From contig DBGAXC010000010.1 in NCBI GenBank assembly GCA_048447565.1, positions 838 through 64,837 of the forward strand: a DNA stretch of 64,000 nt. The letters run 5' to 3'. The notes under the pieces are model-generated. The model saw only the letters and a list, made by a program, of their open reading frames with translations. It was not told where the DNA came from and did not search any database. Position 1 is the first letter of the stretch. Every line of letters begins with the position of its first letter. The translations under genes and the position numbers were made by a program. Source of the stretch: Collinsella aerofaciens (GTDB lineage: Bacteria; Actinomycetota; Coriobacteriia; Coriobacteriales; Coriobacteriaceae). Shown here one piece after another: positions 16,564 through 25,168 of this stretch.

Positions 16564-19146
16564 ATGGCAGACATTAAAATCAAGATTGTCAGCAATCCAT
16601 ATCAAGAAATTGTCCGGTTCTTCCGATGGGATAACGGCTGGCAAGAAATAACGACCTCCACAAATCCCAACAGCGCACTCCATAGCACGAAAATCGTTAA
16701 CGGATTCTTCCCCTTTAAGGCCGAAGAGATCATCGACATCCTCGCCAAAGAGTTCGGCGGCGGCGACAAAATCGAATTGCATTTTGAAGGCGCGGATGAC
16801 GAATGGCAGGAGCTGCTCGCCATCTGTACCGAAGGGCCACGCGCCAACACATACGAGGTCATACGTGACGAGCGTTATCTATCAAACGCCCGAGACGTCT
16901 TGCCGGAAATTGTCGAAGTCTTCAGAGAAATCCAGGGGCTTGTAGACGAATCGGTCTCCGAGCGAACAAAAGTCTCTGAGCAAATTAGGAAGTTCACCGA
17001 TGTCTCGAGCGACATCATCCCGCTGTGCGTGCTCGGCAGCTATAGCGCAGGCAAATCGACGCTCATCAACGCCCTCATTGGCATGGAGATCCTCCCCAGC
17101 GGCGACGAGCCTGTAACGGCCCGCATATTTCAAATCAAACGTTCAAAAGACCGAGATCGCGCGATGGTTCAATTCTCCTGTGGCAACAGGCGATTCTTAC
17201 TGCGCTTTGACCTTGATGGCCTCATGGAAAACAAAGAGCTTGTGGGGGAGCCCCTATACGACAAGATCGCGGCCAAAGTCGCCGACTCCATGCCCGGCAT
17301 GGCCTCCCATATGAACAGTGCCCTCAAGGTTCTTAACTCATACCATACCGATGAAGACGACCGGACCATCTCCGACCTGATCAGAATCGAAGTCCCCTTT
17401 AGCGATACCGACCCGTGGCCCCATGACAGGGAGTTTGTCATCTTTGACACTCCGGGCTCGAACTCTGCCTCCAACGCCGATCACGCCCGAGTGCTCAAAC
17501 AGGCAATGGAGGGCCTCTCGAATGGCCTTCCCATTTTCGTTGCCGAGTACAACTCACTCGACACGAAGGACAACAAGAACCTCTCCAACGAAATAGAGCA
17601 GATTCCTGCAATCGATGAACGCTTTGCCATGATTGCAGTCAACAAGGCAGATTCCGCCGACCTTCCCAAAGGAGGATTCGACGATGAAGCCGTCTCGCAA
17701 ATCATGCGTTGGTCCATTCCGGCCAGCCTTTACGGGCAAGGTATCTACTTTGTTTCTTCCATCCTTGGCCTAGGCTCAAAGAACTCCGGCGAGTTTATAA
17801 GCGACAACTATGCCGAAAAATTCGAAGACCAGCAGCGTAAATACACCGATCCGACAAGCCGCTTCTACAAAACGCTCTACCGCTACGATATCCTTCCGGG
17901 ACAGATCTCGCGTAGAACCAACCGCGAATCCGAGGCTTGCAAGGACCTCCTTCTCACCAACAGCGGACTCTTTTGTATCGAAAACGAGATACGCCTGTTT
18001 GCCGAGCGGTACTCCGCCTACAACAAATGCAGCAGGTCGGAATCGCTCCTACAAGAAATTGTCAGCATAACCGAAGAAGAGATTGCCAATAGGAAAACCG
18101 ACCTCGAACAAAAGAAAGCACAGCGAGAAGCCGAGCTCGAAGAGGATAAGCGCAATCTCATCAACCAGCTCGAAGACTGCAGAGAGCATGCAAGGCTGGA
18201 CTCCTCGGTCAGCTATGCCGGCGCCATCGACGGGAACGTTTCCGCCGAGCAGTGGAAAACCAACCTTGACACGCTTCAGGCGCGTCAAGGCGCCATCACC
18301 GAAGACAAGCGAGAGCGCCTCGAATACTCAAAACGGTCGAACGCAGCTGCGCAAGCGTTTGACTCAATCGCCCCTAACTTTTTCAATAGACTCGGCGAAT
18401 CGATAAAAGGAAGCCCGGCCAACACGCAAAAGGACGCCGACTCCCAGCCAACATTTGGGCTAGCGGAGGTTGGCAAAGGCCTTTGTGATGACATCACCGA
18501 TGCGCTCCAAAAAAGATCCGACGCAAAGGCTGCCGAAAGAACAGCCGACAAAGATGCCGCCGACCAACTCTTTAACGAGGTCATCAATCACTATGACGAA
18601 TGTACCGCGCAAATAGCTCAGGCCATCGATGAGCTGTCGCAAAGCTATTGGAAGGATTGTGCGGAGCATAGCCGCGATGCCCTCTATCGCATCGCTACCA
18701 GCAACGACAATCCTCTTTCCGAAGAAAAGCGCCAAGAGGTCGGCGATATCATTCTTAAATATCGTGGCCTCGCGCTCGATAAGACAAAGGGCCCAATTTT
18801 CAGCAAGGCAGACTTTACCGAACTGAAGCTCATGGACCGTGTCATCTTTAAATCCGACAAGCTTTTGCTTAGGAAAGTCGAAGACAAATTCAACCGCGAA
18901 ATCTCACGGTGTTTCTGCGAAGCACGCGCCGAAACAGAACGCGAGCATACCTACGGCTTTACCGAATGGCTCAACGAGCTGCTCGGCAAAATTACGAGCA
19001 ATATCACCGACTACAACCCGGTGCTCCACGGCCATGTCGAAGACATCAACAGGCAAACCGCGGAGATCAGCGCTCTCGAAGCAAAACTCGAGACGCTCAA
19101 TAATCGAAAAGAGTACATTGCGCGCGTCATTAATTGGAAGGAATAG
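16564..19146 (+). CDS. Dynamin-like GTPase (860 aa)
   Basis: G1 GSYSAGKST, G2 PVTA, G3 DTPG, G4 NKAD; long helical/coiled-coil-like C-terminal half. Confidence 0.88.
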   Translation: MADIKIKIVSNPYQEIVRFFRWDNGWQEITTSTNPNSALHSTKIVNGFFPFKAEEIIDILAKEFGGGDKIELHFEGADDEWQELLAICTEGPRANTYEVIRDERYLSNARDVLPEIVEVFREIQGLVDESVSERTKVSEQIRKFTDVSSDIIPLCVLGSYSAGKSTLINALIGMEILPSGDEPVTARIFQIKRSKDRDRAMVQFSCGNRRFLLRFDLDGLMENKELVGEPLYDKIAAKVADSMPGMASHMNSALKVLNSYHTDEDDRTISDLIRIEVPFSDTDPWPHDREFVIFDTPGSNSASNADHARVLKQAMEGLSNGLPIFVAEYNSLDTKDNKNLSNEIEQIPAIDERFAMIAVNKADSADLPKGGFDDEAVSQIMRWSIPASLYGQGIYFVSSILGLGSKNSGEFISDNYAEKFEDQQRKYTDPTSRFYKTLYRYDILPGQISRRTNRESEACKDLLLTNSGLFCIENEIRLFAERYSAYNKCSRSESLLQEIVSITEEEIANRKTDLEQKKAQREAELEEDKRNLINQLEDCREHARLDSSVSYAGAIDGNVSAEQWKTNLDTLQARQGAITEDKRERLEYSKRSNAAAQAFDSIAPNFFNRLGESIKGSPANTQKDADSQPTFGLAEVGKGLCDDITDALQKRSDAKAAERTADKDAADQLFNEVINHYDECTAQIAQAIDELSQSYWKDCAEHSRDALYRIATSNDNPLSEEKRQEVGDIILKYRGLALDKTKGPIFSKADFTELKLMDRVIFKSDKLLLRKVEDKFNREISRCFCEARAETEREHTYGFTEWLNELLGKITSNITDYNPVLHGHVEDINRQTAEISALEAKLETLNNRKEYIARVINWKE

Positions 19147-19155
19147 GCTGATCGC

Positions 19156-22100
19156 ATGGGCATCAAAAACGCGATTATGCGCGCTGCCGATAAAGCCGGC
19201 AACGCGGTCGCAACCGTCTCGGTACTCAGCAGCTCCCAACTCGATGAGGTCGACAAAAAGCGAACAGCATACTTGTCAGAAAAGCCGAATCCGGCAGACG
19301 AGCAAGCTGTCGAGCTCACCAATCGGCTCTTGGCAACTGCCGCCGTTGAGCTTCACAACTCCTATCTGCCACAGCTGCGAAATGTTTACGCGCCGATTGA
19401 CCCCTCCATTGAATACCCCATGGGCTTTAACGCCGACAACAACATCCGCTTCATGAATATCACGAAGTGGATCGTCGATCCCAACGAGGACAGTCTCGAG
19501 AAGCTTGTAAATGTGTACGACGTTCTTTCTGACGAAGAATGCAACATTGCGCTGATCTTTAATCGAGCCAGCGCAAGCACCGAGGTATTTCTCGCAGTCG
19601 TCAATAGCGACAATGCCCGCGACAATATCGACGCCGATAATTTTTCCCGGCGCATGTCGGATGCCTTGAGGGGCAACTTCCCCGGTTCCGAAGTGGGACC
19701 CGCCAACCGCGGTCCCATTCCGTGTCTAGACAATCGACGCTCGTCTTCGGTTGCCGCCGTTTCGAATATTCCAGCCGAAAAGAACGAGAAATTCGTCACG
19801 CAAACCATTGAGAAAGTTCTCGACGGCATTGTGCCCGGTAGGCCGAGCGAAGACTACACTATCGTGCTGCTCGCAACCCCGATTCACGATATCGAATCGC
19901 GTAAACTCCGCCTCGCCGAGCTCCACACACTGCTGACGCCCTATGCCTCATGGACGACCAACTACACATATCACCAGAACGACTCCATCGGATCGTCCGC
20001 GACGATTGGCATCAATGCAGGTGTGAGCGCCGGCAGACAGGTGGGGAGCAATCAGGCTGTTGCTCAAAACTACAACGAAACGGACTCGACAAACGAGTCG
20101 ACCTCGGAATCGAGCAACGAGAGCGTAACCGACTCGTCCACATCGACCGAAAGCATCACGGATACGGTCACCGACGGCAGGAATGAGTCCTCGAGCGGAG
20201 GCGTTGACTTAGGCGTATCCGCAAGTCACACGGAGGGTTCGTCGCACTCCACGTCCACGGCAACAGGTACAAGCTCATCTACCGGCAAGGCCATATCCAA
20301 CACGCTCGGCAAAGCCGTCACCAGCGGTGTTGGCAAGGCTGTCTCTAAGGGAGCTTCCGTGACTTCCGGTGTTTCGCAGGCAGTAAATCTAGGTGCCAAC
20401 TTTGGCGGATCGTTCGCACGCTCAAGCACGGTCACCGCTACCATCGGCGCCGACGAAGGCATCACGCAGACGTTCAAGAATTACTCCATCCAACACGCGC
20501 TCGAAATACTTGAGTTGCAAATGAAGCGCTACGACCTTGCCTCGGCACTCGGCATGTGGGACTTTTGCGCATACGTGCTATCAGAAGACCACAACGTCGC
20601 GAATAACGTTGCCCACACCTATCTCGCCCTCACCCAGGGCAAAGAATCCTATATGTCTCAGGCTGCAGTAAACCTCTGGCGCGGAGACCTTGGAGAGCAA
20701 AGCGCCGACGCCGCGGCAATCTGCTCCTACCTTCGCGATTTGCGCCATCCTGCTTTTGCCCTCTCCCCCGCCCTGCTCGATCAACATCCGAGCTTTTCGG
20801 TCTATCCGGCAACGGTCGATGCAACGACTGCCCTTTCGGGCAAGGAGCTGGCCTATTCGCTCAACTTTCCCAAGAAGTCCGTCCCAGGGTTGCCCGTTAT
20901 CGAATGCGCTTCTTTTGGGCGCAACGTCTCTACGTTCGATGGTACGCAGCCTCAGCAGGGCCTTTGCATAGGCAAGGTTTTCCATATGCATCGCGAGGAA
21001 CGCATCGAAACGTTCCTGTCAAAGGACTCACTTGCCTCGCACACCTTTGTTACGGGCAGCACCGGCGCAGGAAAGACCAATACCGTCTGTCGCATCCTCG
21101 ACCAAGCGCTCGATCAGCGAGTCAACTTCCTTGTCATTGAACCTGCCAAGGGCGAATACAAGGACGTGTATGGAGGCCGCGAAGACGTAAACGTCTTTGG
21201 AACCAATCCAGAATTCACGCCGCTCCTGCGTATCAATCCTTTTAGCTTCCCGTCCGGCATCCATGTGCTGGAACACCTCGACCGACTCGTTGAGATCTTT
21301 AATGTCTGCTGGCCCATGTACGCCGCCATGCCCGCCGTCCTTAAAGACGCCGTCGCCAGGTCATACGAAGACTGTGGATGGGACCTTGCCGCTTCTGATA
21401 ACCCATATGGAGCCGATCTCTTTCCTTGCTTTGCAGATGTTGCCCGCAACGTCCGCGAGATTCTCGATTCCAGCGAGTACGACGCCGAAAATAAGGGCGC
21501 CTACAAGGGTTCGCTGCTCACGCGTCTCAATTCACTCACCAACGGGCTCAACGGCATGATGCTTTCGTCGAACGAAGTCGACGCCACCGTGCTTTTTGAC
21601 GCCAACACAGTCATCGACCTATCGCGCATTGGCTCCGCCGAAACAAAATCCCTACTCATGGGTCTTCTTGTACTCAAACTTCAAGAACATCGCATGGCCG
21701 AGAAAAAGGGCATGAACCAGCCACTTCGCCATCTGACCGTGCTTGAAGAGGCGCACAACCTGCTTAAGCGATCGTCGAGCAGCCAAGGCTCGGAAAGCGG
21801 CGACCTGACAGGCAAGAGCGTCGAGATGATCTCAAATGCCATCGCCGAGATGCGTACATACGGCGAAGGCTTCATCATCGCCGACCAGGCGCCCGGACTT
21901 CTCGATATGGCAGCCATTCGCAACACAAATACCAAGATCATCCATCGCCTGCCCGATCTTTCGGACCGCGAGCTCGCCGGTCGCGCCGCCAACCTCAACG
22001 ACCAACAAATCGTCGAACTGGCACGCCTGCCTAAAGGCGTTGCGGCCATTTACCAAAACGATTGGGTTGAGCCAGTGCTCTGCAAGATCGCCAAAGCAGA

Positions 22101-22587
22101 GGATGGCGAGCACTTTGCATACAGCCGCCCCATCGACAATGTCGCAAGCAACCAGAGCGATGATGCCCTTGCCGTAGCGCGCATGCTGGCCTACGGAATC
22201 AGCATCGGAACCAAGACGGAGCTGCACAGCATTCGCGAACGGCTCGATCGCCTCCATATCGACGCGTCTACAAAGGTCAAGATCCTGCGCACCGTTCAAA
22301 ACCCACCCGCCGAACCGCGCATGACCAAGCTGGGACCCATAATGAGCACACTGTTTCCCAACGTTGCCAAAGCGGTCGAGGACGAACGCGAGTGCAGCGA
22401 TGAAGCCGAACAATGGACAATGGCGGCGGACGCGGCACTCAGGTCCTCCATCGACCGCGATATCGACAGCCGCACCAGGCAGGTCATCATCCAGGGCATC
22501 ATGACCGATGTCTTGTGTCTGCAAATGCAAGATACCCAAGCATATTCCGATTGGCACAACTGGAACGAGAATAGCGAGGTGAGCTAA
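19156..22587 (+). CDS. HerA/FtsK/VirB4-superfamily (DUF87-like) ATPase, 1143 aa, with Ser/Thr-rich insert
   Basis: HTFVTGSTGAGKT (Walker A), VIEPAKGEY, LTVLEEAHNLL (Walker B), AEMRTYGEGFIIADQAP, RNTNTKIIHRL. Confidence 0.88.
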   Translation: MGIKNAIMRAADKAGNAVATVSVLSSSQLDEVDKKRTAYLSEKPNPADEQAVELTNRLLATAAVELHNSYLPQLRNVYAPIDPSIEYPMGFNADNNIRFMNITKWIVDPNEDSLEKLVNVYDVLSDEECNIALIFNRASASTEVFLAVVNSDNARDNIDADNFSRRMSDALRGNFPGSEVGPANRGPIPCLDNRRSSSVAAVSNIPAEKNEKFVTQTIEKVLDGIVPGRPSEDYTIVLLATPIHDIESRKLRLAELHTLLTPYASWTTNYTYHQNDSIGSSATIGINAGVSAGRQVGSNQAVAQNYNETDSTNESTSESSNESVTDSSTSTESITDTVTDGRNESSSGGVDLGVSASHTEGSSHSTSTATGTSSSTGKAISNTLGKAVTSGVGKAVSKGASVTSGVSQAVNLGANFGGSFARSSTVTATIGADEGITQTFKNYSIQHALEILELQMKRYDLASALGMWDFCAYVLSEDHNVANNVAHTYLALTQGKESYMSQAAVNLWRGDLGEQSADAAAICSYLRDLRHPAFALSPALLDQHPSFSVYPATVDATTALSGKELAYSLNFPKKSVPGLPVIECASFGRNVSTFDGTQPQQGLCIGKVFHMHREERIETFLSKDSLASHTFVTGSTGAGKTNTVCRILDQALDQRVNFLVIEPAKGEYKDVYGGREDVNVFGTNPEFTPLLRINPFSFPSGIHVLEHLDRLVEIFNVCWPMYAAMPAVLKDAVARSYEDCGWDLAASDNPYGADLFPCFADVARNVREILDSSEYDAENKGAYKGSLLTRLNSLTNGLNGMMLSSNEVDATVLFDANTVIDLSRIGSAETKSLLMGLLVLKLQEHRMAEKKGMNQPLRHLTVLEEAHNLLKRSSSSQGSESGDLTGKSVEMISNAIAEMRTYGEGFIIADQAPGLLDMAAIRNTNTKIIHRLPDLSDRELAGRAANLNDQQIVELARLPKGVAAIYQNDWVEPVLCKIAKAEDGEHFAYSRPIDNVASNQSDDALAVARMLAYGISIGTKTELHSIRERLDRLHIDASTKVKILRTVQNPPAEPRMTKLGPIMSTLFPNVAKAVEDERECSDEAEQWTMAADAALRSSIDRDIDSRTRQVIIQGIMTDVLCLQMQDTQAYSDWHNWNENSEVS

Positions 22588-23276
22588 TGGAGTTCAAGCA
22601 AATGAAAGGCGGCGTGGCCAAGCTAGGCGATAAACTTGGGTTCAATCCTGATAAACTCATTGGCCCCGAATCAAAGGAAACCAAGGCAGAGGTTAAAAAT
22701 GCCGGCCGTAACGAATCCATCGATCCCGACAAATTGATTAGACCCTCGGTGGAATCGTGCGATTATCCTTCGAGCTATAAGGAGAGGCTGGACCGTACAC
22801 CGAGCATCGAGAATCCAAACGGAAAATGGTCGGGTGACCGAGGGGAATCGATGTTTATTCCCACAGCCGATAGGGTCCGCGAGATTCTTCGAAACAAAGG
22901 TCTTGAGGGCATCAATTACAAGGATGGAATTCCTGACTTCAACCCTATCTCTGAAGCGAAAGTAACCATACAAGGCATGAGCCAGCATAGGCTTTCGCAG
23001 ATGGGCGAGAACGGCGAACGCATTGTCGGCAACTATGAAAAGGCAGACACTGAATGCGCAAAAGCTTGGAACCTTGAGCAACGCGATGGCAAAGATGATT
23101 GGACGCACCAGGATGTCAAGAAATGGCGCGAGGCAAATGAGTACACCTGGCACGAACACAATGATATGAAGACGTGCTCTCTTGTTCCGACCGAAGTTCA
23201 CAAGGTGTGCAGCCATCTCGGCGGCGTAAGCGAAATCAAAAACATACTGAATCAGATTGGCGGCTTCGATGACTAA
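22587..23276 (+). CDS. HNH/EndoVII-fold nuclease toxin (WHH / colicin-like DNase type)
   Basis: C-terminal YTWHEHND..LVPTEVH...SHLGG and upstream INYKDGIPDF; TAATG overlap with the ATPase stop. Confidence 0.8.
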   Translation: MEFKQMKGGVAKLGDKLGFNPDKLIGPESKETKAEVKNAGRNESIDPDKLIRPSVESCDYPSSYKERLDRTPSIENPNGKWSGDRGESMFIPTADRVREILRNKGLEGINYKDGIPDFNPISEAKVTIQGMSQHRLSQMGENGERIVGNYEKADTECAKAWNLEQRDGKDDWTHQDVKKWREANEYTWHEHNDMKTCSLVPTEVHKVCSHLGGVSEIKNILNQIGGFDD

Positions 23277-23637
23277 CGGCATGAATCTGTGGGGCAGGGA
23301 TTTCTCGCTCCCCGTCTATTACGAGTGTGACTCGGACCAAGGCGTCCTCGACATTCAAAAGGAAGCAAAGGGCGCCCTGCTTGCAAGCTGGGATACCGTT
23401 GAGGACAGCAAGGAAGCGATCGAAGATTATTGTCTCGAAAGAGACGGCGATCAGATCGAGGGCCCCATTACAAACATCTTTAGATACGTTATTCCGACCA
23501 GTATCGTGGTACTTCGGAGCGATGATGCTCGCAAAGCAGCGCTCATGTGCAACTATCGCTTTGACCCCGAACACGGACTTGCTGCGGTATTTGAGAACGA
23601 GCAACTTACGGCTGTCGTCCCCCAAGACGAGCTCTAG
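23269..23637 (+). CDS. Probable immunity protein (DUF6985-like)
   Basis: Small acidic ORF overlapping the nuclease stop (ATGACTAA); C-terminal CNYRFDPEHGLAAVFENEQL..V.PQD. Confidence 0.65.
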   Translation: MTNGMNLWGRDFSLPVYYECDSDQGVLDIQKEAKGALLASWDTVEDSKEAIEDYCLERDGDQIEGPITNIFRYVIPTSIVVLRSDDARKAALMCNYRFDPEHGLAAVFENEQLTAVVPQDEL

Positions 23638-23656
23638 GTCGATCATACGCAGACAC

Positions 23657-23704
23657 AAAACCGAGGCCACTCCAGCACACACCGGAGCGGCCTCGGCCTC
23701 TTTT
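23657..23704 (+). terminator. Terminator of island operon
   Basis: CCGAGGCCACTCC/GGAGCGGCCTCGG stem followed by CTCTTTT. Confidence 0.7.
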
Positions 23705-23766
23705 ACGTATGCTCAGCGAGGTAGTTAAAATAGCCCCGTCCCAAATTAGCTACCCCAGTCCCTTTC

Positions 23767-23907
23767 TAAGTTGCGGTGAAATACGGACTGTTTGCCGGGT
23801 TTATTGGGCCCAGCAGTCCGTATTTCACCGCAACTGATGAGGGGACGTGGTTAGGCGACAGGCTTTGCGCGACGAATGGCCGGGAACATCACCGTGATAG
23901 CGAGGAT
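23767..23907. repeat. Right direct repeat of island (67 bp hairpin with 22 bp perfect arms plus MFS 3' end)
   Basis: AGTTGCGGTGAAATACGGACTG / CAGTCCGTATTTCACCGCAACT; aligns with 16300-16441. Confidence 0.9.
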
Positions 23908-25047
23908 GACGCCCACGGCAGCGATCGCACCGCCCGCGTAGCCGATCCAGGCGATACCGGGGCCCGAAACCACGGCTCCGCCGATCGCGGTACCCGTGCC
24001 AATGCCCAGATTGAACAGGCCCGAGAAGATCGACATGGCGACGGCCGACGAATCTGCCGGCGTGTGCTTGATGAGCTCGGCTTGGAACGCCACGTTAAAG
24101 GCCGTTGCGCAGCAGCCCCACAGCGCGCAGACGGCAAGCACTGCCACGAGCGACGATGCGGCCGGACCCATGAGCAGCAGAGCCACCGGCACGCCGGAGA
24201 GCGTAATCGCGAGGAACGGGAAGCGGTGCCCATCGAACAGTCGGCCGAATAGCCAGCTTCCGAGCAGACCAGAGCAGCCGAACGCCGTCAGCGTCATAGT
24301 GATGGCGCTTGCGTCGACATGCGCGACCTGAGCCAGGAAAGGCTCGATATAGCTATAGCCCGTGTAATAGCCAGTTGCCATGAACACCGTGACCGCATAG
24401 AGCGCGATCAGTAACGGGTTCTTGAGCAGCTCGGGCAGTTGCTTGACGGTAAAGCGCTCGCCCGCCGGCATGGTTGGAAACACGGTCGCCTGGTAGACGA
24501 CCGCGACAGCAGACAGTGCTCCGACCACGGCAAACGTCATACGCCAGCCCACGGCCAGGCCAATGGCGCGGCCGAGCGGCAGGCCGAAGATCTGTGCGAT
24601 GGAAGAGCCCGTGGCGATCATGCTGATGGCGAGCGCCCCGTGGCGTGTGTCAACCAGGCGCGACGCCATAATCGAGGCGACCGACCAGAACACGGCATGT
24701 GCGCAAGCGACCACCAGGCGCGCGCAGACCAGGATGGGATAAGTCGGCGCCACAGCGGACAGAAACTGGCCGAGCGAGAACACGGCGAGCACGCCCAGCA
24801 GCATCCGCTTGAACTCGAAACGCGAAGCGAACACCATGAGCGGCAACGACAGCAGCATGACGCCCCAGGCATAGACCGAGATCATGATGCCCGCCTGGGC
24901 CTCGGTGAGCGAGAACGACGCGGCGATATCAGTCAAAAGGCCGATGGGCATAAACTCCGACGTGTTGAACACGAACGCACAGCAGGTGAGCCCGACGAGC
25001 GGGAGCCACTGCCTGAGCGTGATGCCGTCTTGCCTTGCCTGACTCAT
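23851..25047 (-). CDS. MFS transporter, SotB/YdeA-like sugar efflux family
   Basis: FVFNTSEFMPIGLL, HAVFWSV, FNLGIGTGTAIGG; many hydrophobic segments (TTG at 25062 is an alternative start). Confidence 0.9.
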   Translation of the reverse strand: MSQARQDGITLRQWLPLVGLTCCAFVFNTSEFMPIGLLTDIAASFSLTEAQAGIMISVYAWGVMLLSLPLMVFASRFEFKRMLLGVLAVFSLGQFLSAVAPTYPILVCARLVVACAHAVFWSVASIMASRLVDTRHGALAISMIATGSSIAQIFGLPLGRAIGLAVGWRMTFAVVGALSAVAVVYQATVFPTMPAGERFTVKQLPELLKNPLLIALYAVTVFMATGYYTGYSYIEPFLAQVAHVDASAITMTLTAFGCSGLLGSWLFGRLFDGHRFPFLAITLSGVPVALLLMGPAASSLVAVLAVCALWGCCATAFNVAFQAELIKHTPADSSAVAMSIFSGLFNLGIGTGTAIGGAVVSGPGIAWIGYAGGAIAAVGVILAITVMFPAIRRAKPVA

Positions 25048-25168
25048 ATATAACGTCTCCAATCATTTTGAGTGGAGGCGATTATATAGCAACGGCCCCG
25101 CATCCGTCAGCAACAGATGCAGGGCCGAAAACAATTCGATACACAGAGGTTGCGCCGTCAATACATAA

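Larger units (their letters stand above)
16442..23766. mobile_element. Genomic island (integrase-free) carrying a four-gene GTPase/ATPase/nuclease/immunity operon
   Basis: Bounded by ~140 bp direct repeats; visibly more A/T-ending codons than flanking genes; opposite strand to both neighbours. Confidence 0.75.

Noticed and set aside
19156..22587. Conjugative VirB4/VirD4 interpretation of the island ATPase
   Set aside because: No relaxase, membrane T4SS components or replication genes in the island.
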